Source: Takakia lepidozioides (Eukaryota > Plantae > Bryophyta). From it: 64,000 nucleotides of DNA. The first letter of the stretch is position 1; every line of letters starts with the position of its first letter. A program made the translations under genes and the position numbers. The notes under the pieces are model-generated. The model saw only the letters and a program-made list of their open reading frames with translations, ran no database searches and was not told where the DNA came from. Below, piece by piece: positions 26,521 to 38,939 of this stretch. The stretch spans positions 14,880,001 through 14,944,000 of the forward strand of contig CM060734.1 in the NCBI GenBank assembly GCA_030704615.1. Reading direction: 5' to 3'.

Positions 26521-26859
26521 CAACTTTATTCCATTCAACGTTTCAATCCAGCAATTGAAAACTTGCAATACATTGGTTCATGGTGCTACTATACTTTAAG
26601 TATGGTATGGATGTTTGTATATTATCTTCTTGAATATTTTGTTTGGGTCATATATCTACCAATTTATTAATAACTTGACTCAATTGATCTTATATTTATC
26701 ATTTTATGACACAAAGTACGTCATTCGACTTAAAGTTTGATGTTACATATCTGAATTAATTTTAATTATGTAATTTATTAAATTTGGTCTGGATTTAAGC
26801 CAAAAGTCCGGAATTACTTAAAATTACGTTTAATGCTCATATTTCCTGGTACAGCTCAC

Positions 26860-28657
26860 AAGTGTAGTTGCCTACCTTGCAAGTTTGGGCGACCACCGCC
26901 TCCACCAAACGGTTGATGGAGTCTTTCGACAGCTCCTGGGTCATATTTAGATGTCTTGGGTCTGGGCACTTTTTTGTCATGTGCCCAGTCTTCTTGCAAT
27001 TAAAGCACACTCATTCAAATGACACATTTTGTCCGCCATGTGCCGTCGAGCCTGATTTTCTTTTCGGAGCACCAGGTGTCGCCTTGGCGTGCAAAGACCA
27101 TCCCTTCGCTTTCTAAGAACCACTGTCGTTGCGTGGCTTATCATACTTCTTTTGATCCGACCGGGAGGAGTCACCCTCCCGCCGAACCTTCTTATGGTTC
27201 AGCTCTTTGCTGCTCTGTCTTTCGTCCCTAGGGACATCCGAGAAGCACTCAGCTCTCTCAATTACCTCGTTCAAAATCTTTGGTGGCTTCTCCTCCAACT
27301 TTCGCCTGGCCCATGGAACCAGTCCCGCCACAAAGTTGAAGACCATTTCTGGTTCCGCCATATCTGCAACTTCGAGCAATAGCACATTCATTTGTTTAAG
27401 GAAGCTTCTCCATCAAGAAACATTTGTTTAATCTTGGAAACTTCTCCAGCAAGAAACCTCCATAGGGGAAGCTTCTTAGTAGCCAGTATATATAGGAGAC
27501 GAGACTGGACACTCTTCAGTCTCGCCAACACAAGTTCAAGCTACTCTTGTTTCCAGTCCCAGTATTCCAGTCCAGCTTCCAGTATACGAACTGCTTCTTC
27601 ATGAGTTCCTCAAACCCGCTCCAGCTTATGGCCTCAGGACTTGGCCCCTGGTCCTGAAGGCGCTTCTGCCACCATTGTTGAGTATTGCCCCTCAAATAGG
27701 TGGGAGCCACCTCCGCTTAGTCCTGGTCATTCAACTTGGCCGCTCGGAAGTACTGCTCCAACTCCAAGAGCCAAATATTGAGCGCCTTCCGATTCTGAAC
27801 ACCCTCAAGAGTTCCAGGCTCCTTAGGTTTCACCTTGAACTTGGCTCTTGTGGATCAAGTGACATGGGCGGTCTCCATCACCACTTTTAGGGTCCACCAA
27901 ATTGCGCCAACAGCCCTTCCCAAAAAGCTGGTGGCATTTGAGGCATCTATTGGTCCAACGGAGCCTTCGGAAGGTCCTTAGGCTCCGGCTCCTCAAATGT
28001 CTTTTGTTCTTGAGCGGCTTTGCGGCCTTCAGAAGAGTAGATTGTCTCTTCCGCTTGCCGCTCCGGCGTCACGTCGCCCCCTCCGGGCTCACTAGGTTCG
28101 TCAGCTTTCGGGTCGTTCCGCTTTTGCTTGGCCTTGTCTGACCCCATGGTGAGGCCGATCTCAAGGACAATTGCGTACTTAACTCTAGGCTCTGATACCA
28201 AATGTCGCGCACCTCACTTTGATAAACTCCCCTTTAAGTCATAGTTACTCACTTTGATGCGCCCGCCTAACTCTCAAACTGGCCGCCGGACCAACTCGGA
28301 GCTTCGGCTGCTCACCGGGGCATAACGGCCCCCGGTTGCCCCACTTCCCTCGACAACGCGGGCTCAGTGGAAATATATTCCATTTGGTTATAGGTTGTCC
28401 GGAATAGCTCCTCACACTTTGGTCGCTTTCTAGCACGCTTGTTTGCTCACTATTTTTTGGTAGCTTAACGGGCTTGCACCATTCTCGGGGTTACATATAT
28501 ACTTCTGTAGGTGTTGGTGGGGGGTCTCACAAACAGCCCATGTCTTTTTCGGCGCACCACCACGGTGACCCTTGACTCCCTATGATGGGTCGTGGTGAGT
28601 CTTGGCCCACCCACCACGGCCCCATGTGGACCGCGGTGAGCCCCAAGACTCCCCAAA
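26860..28657 (-). mobile_element. Truncated Ty3/Gypsy (family B): partial 5' LTR (from 28203), Met PBS (28189-28200), broken gag
   Basis: TGGTATCAGAGC next to ...CGACA LTR end; gag motifs YLRGNTQQWW, VFNFVAGLVPW and a degenerate CFNCKKTGHMTKKC knuckle near 26970-27010. Confidence 0.8.
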
Positions 28658-28659
28658 GT

Positions 28660-31405
28660 ATGCTTGCCCCAAGTGGGAGGTTGAAAATTCCATTGTGTAG
28701 GTTGGTTTCCATGCCCATCGTTCGTCCACCCCTCATCAAGGACATCCTGAAGCTGGAGGCCGAGTTTGTTCATGGGTATTTGGATGGATCCGTAGTCTTT
28801 TACGTTTCTACAAGGGATTCCAGAGGCAATGAGCTCCTTGTGGATGAGTCAATCGTGGAATCCTGGGATCCCATTTGGAGACAGGTGAACGAATCCTTCG
28901 AACTTCTTCTCTCCAGGAAAGTTTCCACCCAGGCATTCTCAGGGAAGATGTTTCACGTTTGGGATGGCAACCACCGGTTGCTTGCATGGATGGCTGTCAT
29001 TGGGAGGCTGCACTCACATGAGGAAGAGTGGCATTACTATGTTCGATCGATGGTGCTGGATTGTGACGGGAACATGATGGGTCTTCTGACGACAATGAAT
29101 GATGTGAACAGGTTGGTTTCTCATTCTACATGTTCCACTTGTGGTTCCGTGGTTCTTTGGTTCCAGTCCTCTGTTGACGGTCCTTGAATTTCATTCTGAC
29201 TTTCAGACATCATTCTGTAGAGGAACGGAGACATCGCATGTCAAAACGAGTATGGTTCACACACTGTACATGATACAAAGGATCGGGCAGATGCCCTTGA
29301 CCAACTTCAAGACCATCCTTTCAGCAGAGACGTACAAGAAGTGCGAAAGCTCCAAGACATCAGAAACGTGGTACTCGTTGACCCGTGAGGCTTTCATGGA
29401 GTATATGTACGCGGTGAGATACATCTTCCATCATCTGGCCTTTCGATATTTCTGCTTCCACATGTTTGTTTCTGTTTGTTTCCCTTGCCCTTGGGTTGAT
29501 GCAACTCTCGTGCATTCCCTTGCAGCAAAACATTGCAGATGCAGGAGAGCGTGGCAAACTGGAATACTACAGCTCTACCCCTGAGGAGAGAAGGACAACA
29601 AAGGGTGTTGAGAGTCACATCCAGAAAGAGATGACCGCCACAAGAAGGACTATTATGAGTGCTTTTGTGAAACAACTGAGAATTGCAGACCCAACCTTCG
29701 GACCAGAGTTCCTTCAAGAGGTGAAAAACCATTACAACAAGCTGAAGTGGCTACAGATATGGAACTCCGATCCCAATGTTAGGGATACCCACATGTTCCC
29801 CAGGCCGGAGAAAGAGAATAAGACCCAGCATGTCATTCCTGTCAGTGACAATGTGCTAGACACATGGCTTCACAAGGCCACTTACTGGAGCCAGGTATGA
29901 TGTCTTTTGCTGTGACACTTTCTTTTCGCTTTTTCTGTCATTATCTTTCCATGTTACATTGGTTGTGATTGTTTTTGGGTTCATTTTTTTTTTTGTATTG
30001 GTCTGCAGTTGAAGGAAAGGGCCCGGTCGGTTCTACATACGCAGCTGGCTGACTGTGGGATCACCATGACAGAACCGAAGGTCTCCTTCCAAGCATACAT
30101 GAGGAAATGGAGAGCCACAGTGTGGCAATCTTGTTTCTTCAGAGAGTTCAGCAAGGATGTTGGCATCAGTCGAACAAATGAGCTTGACCAGCAAGAGAAA
30201 GGAGAGGAAGCTTGGAAACGATGCCTTTACATGTGTGAAATGGACTGTGCTTCTTTGTTTTGCATAGACACACCCTCCTCCATCCAACTTGTTTTTGGCT
30301 GGCTCATATGAGTTTGTGGTGGAGTGTACTGTGTCGCATACTCTTTTACGGGGTCTTCGTGATGGGGTGGAAAAGCTGGGAGACAATATTTGCATTGCAT
30401 AATGAGGCCGTCTTTGTTCCTGTAGGTACATAAAGTATGTTCTCATGGCAGAGAACTGCTTGGACAAACATCCTGATTCGTGGACCTTTGGCTTGTCCCT
30501 GCTAGCAACCAGACCATGTTTACTACGGGGATCTTGCATGACTGGGGCCCAGACCATCTTTCTGCTTGTGGTTGGTATTTGGATTGCCCTGCTTCTGAGA
30601 CCCCAGCTCAGGAGGTGTCTTTGAGGAGAGAGAATGAGCGTATAGTAGCCAGCGCCGCAGCAGCCGACCTCGAAATTCATGATAGAAATTTGAGGACTCT
30701 TGCAGAGAAGGAGCCTCCCGCTCAGGATACACCGGGTAAAGGTAGAAAGGCAAAGGGAAAGGATGTTGCTGGTGGTGTGGGGAAAGGAAGGGGTAGGGGG
30801 AAGGGGCACAAGGGCAGGTAGGTGGGCAGGGAAGTGTTGCAGATACTGGCCCTCTGGTGGAGGTCCAGCAGACTCCACCGCATGGTAGGGGATCCGGGAG
30901 AAAGAACAAGGGGGTGGTTGATCCCATGGACCCGTACCATGCAGTGGAGCATCCCATGAGGGTCATTCGCCCTACCAGGTTGGAGATGGCCAACGTCGGG
31001 TTCCTTGCCATGATGGAGTCCAATAAATCTGATTACAAGGGCGAACCATCACCAGTGTGGGAGAGGATTGTGGAGTTCCTCGGCACAGTGCGTGTTGTCT
31101 TTTCATTCTTGTCTGTTGTGGGCATGGATCGTTTCAATCCTCTTGAGCATTCCATTGCATGCTTGTTTGCAGGCTAAAATTACCAAATCCTGGGTCAACG
31201 GGAAGGAGAAGCCATATGCAGCCGAACTCATCATCTTGGACATCCCTGATGGGTTGTCAGTCCCGGATGTCCCTCCATCGGGTGCTTGTCCACGTTGGAA
31301 TGCTTTTGATGAGCGCTACTGGCGGTGGATTTTCTCCTTTTGCAATTTCTTTCTGTCCAATGCAAGTGTTTTGGTGCTCATCCAGTCCGAGGGCAACACC
31401 TCTTG
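28660..31405 (+). pseudogene. Spliced, decayed gene: ParB/sulfiredoxin-like N-terminal domain, with a possible N6/N4 amino-methyltransferase start at the C-terminus; 3' end cut by the DNMT-Gypsy
   Basis: FHVWDGNHRLLAW (DGNHR at 28963-28977). In-phase GT-AG introns 29112-29220, 29414-29525, 29895-30008 and 31088-31172. Last exon AELIILDIPDG...WNAFDERYWRWIFSFCNFFLSNASVLVL. Frameshift/stop in the 30300-30860 region. Confidence 0.6.
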
Positions 31406-32400
31406 AACCCTCAGAATAACACGCCCTGCAGTAACATCCAGAGTCGTAGGAGCAGTCTGCTGCAAATAAACATAGTCACCAGGGCTAAACCTCCGAACCC
31501 CAGGACGATATCCTCCACCACGTATAGTGGCATACCTCAACGTATCACGGTGTTGTGCAATGGCAAGGTTCTCAAAAGCCATGGGCATGACTTTCTTGAA
31601 CAACTCTGCACGCTGATCACATGCACATACCCACACGTCCGGATCGTCAAGGTTAAGGACTTGAGCAGTGTCCCTACGAATGGCTGCAGGCAAATCTGGC
31701 TCTCGGCCAAAGAGAAGGAAATATGGTGAGAAGGAGGCAAGTGATGCTTGTTTGCTGAACCTGTAGCCCATGGCTAACCAAGGAACCTGAAGATCCCAAT
31801 CTCCTAGGTGTCCCTTCTGCAAGCCATACTTGCGCAAATCCCTTTTCACCGTCTGAACAACTCTCTCTGCCAAGCCATCGGTCTCAGGATGATCCCGAGA
31901 AGTGGTGCGGTGGTCTATCAAGGCTTTATCACACAAAGCTTGAAACTCCCCCAAGAACTCTCTCCCTTGGTCCGTGAGTACCTTAGCTGGAGCACCAAAT
32001 CGGCTAAGCACACGATCCAAGAATGCATACGCAGCCCCCTCACTAGCCTTGTCAGGCAATGGAACCAACTCAATCCACTTGGAGAAGTGCTCCACCATCA
32101 CCAATACATATCTGTGGTGGCGCATAGTCAGTGGCACCGGTCCTGCGAAGTCAAGACTCCACCTGTAGCCCAATCCCATGATTGGTAGGGGCGTTGAATG
32201 AAGCACGCACCCTGTCACACACCATGCACCTAGCCACGAACTATTGCACCTCTGTATGCATACCATGCCACCAATACTGCCCCTGCAGTAAACTGTGAGT
32301 GCGTCGCACTCCAAAATGCCCCAACTCCTCATGGGCATGCCGCACTAACCGTGCATGCTGTGTGGGATGAGGCACAATCCTCACCCGACCATCCTCCCAC
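31400..32400 (-). pseudogene. Gypsy integrase (HHCC remnant, rve core, GPY/F-adjacent region), truncated
   Basis: HEELGHFG..WWHGM; WSLDFAGP..VMVEHFSKW..VLTDQGREF..HPETDGLAERVVQT..SPYFLLFGR..FSPGDYVYL. Confidence 0.92.
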
Positions 32401-32714
32401 ACTCAAAGTAGGTGTATCCCCTCCCACTTGAACCTCTTGGCTCGCTGCAGGATTCGATCCCTCTCCCTGGCAGTCACAGTGGCTGCCGTGTCTCCCGTGC
32501 GGAGGTAGCCCAACACAGCCGAATCCTCGTGTATATCTCTGGCACCACCTGGCTCATCACTAGCCTCAGGGTCCTCAGACACTTCGTCTACAGTCATCCC
32601 TGTTGTAGGTCCAACCTGACCTCCCGATGCCAAGATACACAAAAATGCAGATGCGTGCCATCCCAGCACCATCTCCTCGTCCGTCTCACCATGCCACCGA
32701 GCTCCAGTGTCATC

Positions 32715-34065
32715 CTATTGGCTCGTGCATGGATTGCGACTCAATCCATCCGCATCCCGATTGACCAAACCCGGTCGATGCACCACCTGAAAGTCATACT
32801 CTTGAAGGATGAGTGCCCACTGTGCAAGCTTCCCCGTAAGCTTGTCTGACTCCATCAACCACTTGAGTGGTTGGTGATCCGTGACAAGGGTGAAGAGATT
32901 GCCGTATAGATAGCACCTGAAGTGTGCCACGGCCCACACTGCAGCTAAGCATTCTCCCTCATATGAGCTATACTTAGACTCTGCAGCATTGTTCGAGCGG
33001 CTAGCATAAGCCACTACGAACTCTCTTCTCTCATCATCCACCTGTGTGAGCACCGCTCCAAGCCCCAGCATGCTCCAATCTGTATGCAGCTGAAAAGGAC
33101 GCCCCCTGATAGGTCGTCTCAAGATGGGCGCCGAGGTCAACCTCGCCTTGAGCTCTTGAAAAGCTTGTTCTTGCTCATCTTCCCACTGCCACTCCTGGTC
33201 CACCTTGGTCAGCTTGGTTAGAGCCTCTGCAATGGCACTGAATCCCTTAACAAACCGTCTGTAATAGTTTGCTAACCCCATGAAAGCTCGAACTCGGCTC
33301 ACATCCGTGGGGCGTGGAACCTGTACAATGGACTCTACCTTAGTCTGCTGTACCCCCAATCCTCCAGGATATATCATGTGACCCAGATACTCAATCTGGT
33401 TGTGGAAAAACTTGCACTTGCCCGGATGTAACTTCAATCCGTGCGTCCTTAATCGCTCAAATACCCCCTGAAGGTGTCTCTCATGCTCCTCCACCGTAGC
33501 ACTAAAGATGATGATGTCATCTATATAGCACCGAGCAAACTCCACCCCTGCTAGAATCCTGTCCATGACTCTTTGAAACTCAGCGGGAGCGTTTTAAGCC
33601 CAAATGGTAAGAACCGCCACTGGTATAGGCAATCCTTCCCGTGCTCATTGATCCCCCAGAATGCCGTCTTTTGCTTATCCGCCTCCTTGATCGGCAACTG
33701 GTGATATCCGGATCGTAAATCCAACATGCTAAAGACCTTGGAATGCCCAATGGCATCAAAGATCTCCTCTGGTGTTGGCATGGCATACCTATCGGACTTG
33801 GTCTGACGATTTACAGGCCGGTAATCACCGCACATACTCTCTCCGTCCAATTGCCATAGACATCCTTCTTAGCTGGCATCACTGTGGCTGAAGCATACTC
33901 TCCACCAGAGAGCTCCACCAAACCTGCCTCCCAGAGATCTTGAGTCCTCATCTGAATCAAAGACCTCTCCATGTCACTGTATCTATAGGGTCTCCGAAAG
34001 ATTGGCGTGTCAGTGGCCAACTCAATACGGATCTCTTGACCCTTCAGTGCTCCCAAGTCCTTCAA
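32715..34065 (-). pseudogene. Gypsy reverse transcriptase and RNase H (frameshifted)
   Basis: PIFRRPYR, CGDYRPVN, LDLRSGYHQ, LPFGLK, YIDDIIIFS, TDWS..GLGAVL, YEGECLAAVWA, TDHQPLKWL, DADGLSR. Confidence 0.95.
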
Positions 34066-34509
34066 ACTGAAGGCAAAGCAATTCCTGTAAGCCCTCAGGA
34101 ACCGCCGTATACGTCGTCTCTCTCCTCCGGTGACAATGGGTCCAATGTCAGGCTCCCATTGTCCTCCGTAACTGCAACCTTAAGTCCAGTGGGCTTAGAG
34201 GTAGAGGACGCGTCCCGTGGTTGTTATGCTGCAACCTCTTGAGCAGTACCCCCTTCTTGCTTAGTCAATGACAAGGCCTCATCCTGCCCCATCATCTCAT
34301 CATTGAGAACCTCCTCAACCCGAGAAAAATCCCCAACCTCATCCATCACAGCTGCCTTGGCTGCCAACTCCCTTTGGACCTCGAGCACCTCCCACGTGTG
34401 CCATGGATGTCTACACCCGTGGTCCTCACCGGCTCGCCCCCACTCGCTGCCTGTACCGTCTCGGTAGGCAGAGAGACCATAAAGGGGAGTGCACTCCGCA
34501 CTCTACGTT

Positions 34510-35475
34510 GCTCAGCCATAGCCAAGCTGATAATCCAAGTCAAGCAATTGAGATCCATTGCTTGCCCCAACACCTGACGCCGTGATGCCTCAGAAAGAGA
34601 AGGCACCACCGTGGTCCCAGTGGAAAACCCCATAGCCCGCTCTCGCTCGTCGGCATTAGGCTCCACTAACTGCTGCAACTGAGCATCCCACAGGAGGCCA
34701 GGTCCACCATCCCGAAAAGCATGGGATCCTGGGAAGCTGAGCAGTGTAGGTAATGCTGCTCGTGGTTGACCCACCCTGTTGACCACTGCCAAAGGCAAAC
34801 GGTCATCGTGTCTCACACGTTGAGACTGCCTCCCTGTGTCCAAAATGCCATCCACGGTAAGGTGTGCTGGCCGCTGCACCCCATCAAATGCACGCTTGAG
34901 TAGTGCGGGTGGCATCAAGTTAGTCCACCAAAGCCGTGGACGATGAGCCCGTGACCCCACTGCAGCTGCATCCAGCAACACTGCTGACCCAAGCCACGAC
35001 CGGACTTGATGCACACTGGCCATCACCCTGGCCCGAGAATCACCCATCAGTGGTACATTCTCCAAGATATATGCTGGAGATACAGCTTGATGAAGCTGCA
35101 AGCAGCGCAAAATCCGCACCATCTCCCAAAACAGACCCGTCCTCGAGTCTCGCAATCCATTGCCATGCCCGGCTGATGAATGCCCTTGGCAGGGCCAACC
35201 TGCCACTACCAGATCAATGGATCCAACCTGCTCCAAATCCTGCGCCCCCAGCAAAGAAATGTCTGCTGGCAAGGCTTGTTGGTATCCACGAACTGCAGAC
35301 ACTGGCAACAAGTCAGGGTATTGCTGTACCAACTGAGCAACATGGCGCAGTGAGACGCGTCGTGCAGTCTCATCCCTCTCCACATACAGGTAACGTCAAA
35401 CTCGTACACCTGCCTGTAGCACAGCAGCCAATCCGGTGCTGATCCCGCCAAACAAGTCCAGAAGGCAAATGTCTT
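34510..35475 (-). pseudogene. DNMT3-like C5 cytosine DNA methyltransferase domain inside Gypsy pol (one in-frame TGA at 35398-35396)
   Basis: Motif I LLDLFGGISTG (F at 35452), II YLYVERD, III ADI, IV IDLVVAGWPCQGHS (catalytic C at 35191-35189), VI YILENV, VIII AHRPRLWWTNL, IX ERERAMGF..GTT, X RRQVLGQAMD. Canonical, non-permuted order. Confidence 0.93.
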
Positions 35476-35899
35476 CATCCGGATACTGCCACACAATAGG
35501 TGTGGAATCCAATGGTGACAACTGAGGTGGTCCTGGTGCAATACCCGCACTCTCCTCCTCTCCTGACGGAACAAAAGCCTCTACCCAGGCTTGTTGCACC
35601 CGCTGATCAGCAACCTGCTGCAAATCCTTGCTCGTACCCCACAATGGAGTGTGAGCAACCATGGCAGGCAACTCCGCCATACCATGCATGTCATCTTGCT
35701 TTGCTTGAGGTGGCACATCCTCTGCATGGGCATTGCCTTCCAACAACTCTCCAGGCCAACTAACTGCAGCTGTAAAGGCGGCTAGTGTTGGCATCTTGCC
35801 CCGCTGGGCAGCCGCTATACCCCCAATGAATGTCACAGGGAGCTGTGCACGGCGACCATCGCCTGACTGCCATGCAGGCCTGTAGGATGCTGACTCCTC

Positions 35900-36250
35900 C
35901 CAAAAGTCCAGGGTGAAGCCCATGGGGTATAACACTGCCCCACCAACGAGGACATCGTAAGAGACTACGTCTGTCACAATGGCCTTGGCTCGCATTACTG
36001 AGCCATCGATAGGATGATCCGGCTGCAGTCTAATGGCCAACTGATGCCGTGTCATGCCCGAGCCTGCTCTGATCCTCCCAGAGATGTCTGTATCTGGAAA
36101 GGACAAGGCTCCATATCCGCCTCCATGAGGCCCAAACCTGCAATAGCAGCTCTGCCTAACATCAGTGGCTGAGCTCCCGAGTCCAACAAGACCCGCAGTG
36201 GCCGGTACTTCTTGCCTGCCGGTCCACTCAAAGTGAAAATGCCTCCCTGG
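35900..36250 (-). pseudogene. Gypsy aspartic protease (frameshifted)
   Basis: RVLLDSGAQPLMLG, then YDVLVGGAVL in the next frame, which runs on into DNMT motif I. Confidence 0.85.
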
Positions 36251-36499
36251 TTGTCTAACAAGACAACTCCAGGTGTCACCATGGCGCGCTCAAAGGCTGG
36301 CCTAGCTGGCAGCTCCGTCAATCTGACAGCTGTAGCTTGCCAGGGCGCAGCCGTGGCAGTCTTGACCCTCAAATCCGAGGATCCCTCTGCCACTACACCT
36401 TCCACTAACTCCGCAGAAGATGAAGTGACCTCCCCACTCTCACAGAGTGTTGCTGCTAGTCTGAACACTGCAGCTGGTCTCACCCCCGGCGTCGCAATC

Positions 36500-38420
36500 A
36501 TTGTTGCCGAGAACAGTGGGGCCTGACACACAGAGGTGGCTGCCCCAATAACACACCGGCTGCACTAGCCTTGGCAGCAGGTGTCAGTGCTGCACGTGTA
36601 GCTCTCCCCAATGGCATAGTAACCTCCGCCTCGGTAACAGTCGGGCGAGAACTAGGTGCCATGGATGGCGTCGACACAGTCTCCGCCAATGTGAATGACT
36701 GAGGAAGCCTCGCCTGACGGCTTGCCTCCCCACGCTGTGGATCCAATTCCACCTCTGCACCTCGTGGCTCAGGAACTCGTGCTGCTCCTCGAGTCACGGC
36801 TGCAGCAGACTCCACCTGCTCTAGTGGTAGTGCTGCTCCGCACATGAATCCCATGCCTCCCATATCTCCTCCCTCAGGAGCAGGAGGTGGACCATCCCGC
36901 CTGGGAGCCGGTACCGCCTGAGCTATAGCCATGGCAGCGAGCCTCTGCTCTAGCTGCTGAAGCCGATTGGCCATGCCTTGGTCAACACCCTGACCTCCGC
37001 GTCCTTGGCCATGTGGAGCTTGCCCTTGGCCTGCACCTCGTGCCCGACCACCTCGTCCTCTTTGGGCTGGTCCACCTCGCCCCGGCCACCATTATTCCCT
37101 TGGAACTGGCCTGGGCGCAACTCAGGATGCAAGTCATAACACTGGGCATCTCCATGCCCATACTTGCCGCAATGCCCACACTGCAACTATGCAGGCTGTG
37201 CTTGTGCCGGCCTTTTGCCACTCTCTGGGCAATCTCTCTGGACATGGGGTCCTCCACATGTCCAACATATCACCCCTGGTTGCTGTTGGCCTGCAAAAGA
37301 TGCCACGGGCCTTTGCACCTGAGGTCCCCTGTAAGCTCCATGGAACTTGGGCTGGGCAACCTTGCCCCCCTGACCACGCTGTTGGGCAGTCCCTTGTGCC
37401 TGTGGCTCACAGCTGTGCCTCGTGCAGGCATGTCTTTGCCAAATCCAATTGTAACAACTCGCTCCTCCACCATGTTGAGCTCAATCCGCTCAGCCAGCAG
37501 AAACACATCTGCTAATGTGGGTTGGGCTGCTTGTAACAGGGTTGCATCTCGCACCCTTCTCTTGAGCTCCTTGTCCAGAATTCCATACCAAAACTGGATT
37601 GCCTGAGCTTCAGTAACCCCTTGGGTCACACTTATCAAGCGCCTCATACGAGTGTACGCCTCTCGCAGGCTCTCACTGGGTTTGCGCTGGAAGTCTTGCA
37701 AACTTCGCAGCTTCTCTGTCCGTACACCTTGGTAGTTCCTCCGCAACTCCTGGAAGAACTCCACCACCGGGTTGAATCTAGGCACATGTGTTGTAGTCGT
37801 GGCAGGAGGAGTAGTAGCACCTTTTGAACTGGTACCACCTACAGAAGTACCAGCACTACTTGCTCCACTACTAGTGCTGGCAGTGGAGCTATTGGTACTG
37901 ATGCAGCTACTGGTCGCGTCGTGCCTCGAGTAATGGAGACGTAGTCAGGTGACCAATACATCCTCCACTCCTCAATCTCTGCTTCATGTCCTTGCCTGAA
38001 CTCGTGGTAATCGTCCATAGGCGGGCCTTCCAAATGCTGGAACAGTCCCTTCCACGCCATGAATGGGGTGAATAGCTGTGGATTGCGCATCTGCTGCAAA
38101 TCACACCAGCTGTCAAACTCCTGGATAAAGTCATCCAACTCGATTGTGCCCACAGCTCCAGAGTACCTACGAGGCCCCTTCGTAGCTCCATACATCTCCT
38201 CCATGTCGTCCCACAACAATGGCGAATGAAAGTGCACACCTGTTGATGAAGCCTCCGAGTCTGTGTCTGACTCTACAGTAATTGAGGGTGGCGGTGAAGG
38301 TGGTCTGAACCGAATACCTCGTCTTGTGAACCCACTCTCACTGTTACTGCCTGTAGCCGTACTCCCCTCAAAACCCTTGGGTAACTCCGTAATGACACTC
38401 ACAATGTGCACCTCCTCCAC
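36500..38420 (-). pseudogene. Gypsy gag with two zinc knuckles (frameshifted)
   Basis: DDFIQEFDSW; LQDFQRKPSESLREAYTRMRRL..FWYGIL; CWTCGGPHVQRDC (~37270-37230) and CGHCGKYGHGDAQC (~37180). Confidence 0.85.
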
Positions 38421-38939
38421 GTGACACTATAAGGCTCTAGTACTAATCTAATAGTGACACGGGTGGGCACCTGTTGCAGTCTAAGGGTCATATCCCAATG
38501 GCTCAGGGCACCTGCACCTGCATCCACCGCAAGAACTCCTATGGTTGGCTGGTCATCAACCCAGCCTCACCATAGAAGAAACACTGGTGGTCTTGCTGGT
38601 CATCACTCTAGCCTCACCACCGACAGCATACTCTAGGATTGACCGGTGATCAAATCCGGCCTAATCCCTATGAAAGCAAGCGCCCACACAAAACCAACAT
38701 GGCGCACAGTCAAGCATGCAGGTGTTGGGGGGGATCCAAACACAAGAAATCAAAACATCAACACCCCCACACCAAAATCCAGCTGCAATGCTGATCCTGC
38801 AGAATATCCCAGCCCAAAACCCCGGACTGACTGGCCTCCACCAAGAGAGGCTTTGGCAACTACGAGTACAAGGTAATGAAAATAGTACAGAGATGGAGGG
38901 GAAGAATAGAAGCCCGCCCAAGCAAGATCTAATCCTGAT

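Noticed and set aside
30033-30878. 281-aa minus-strand ORF, and many other antisense ORFs over INT, pol and the transposases
   Set aside because: Shadow frames of coding sequence on the opposite strand, with no motifs.
34346-35475. Bacterial restriction-modification MTase or host DRM/DNMT3 gene
   Set aside because: Embedded collinearly within Gypsy pol, with no cognate nuclease or operon, no introns, no accessory domains and a non-permuted motif order.
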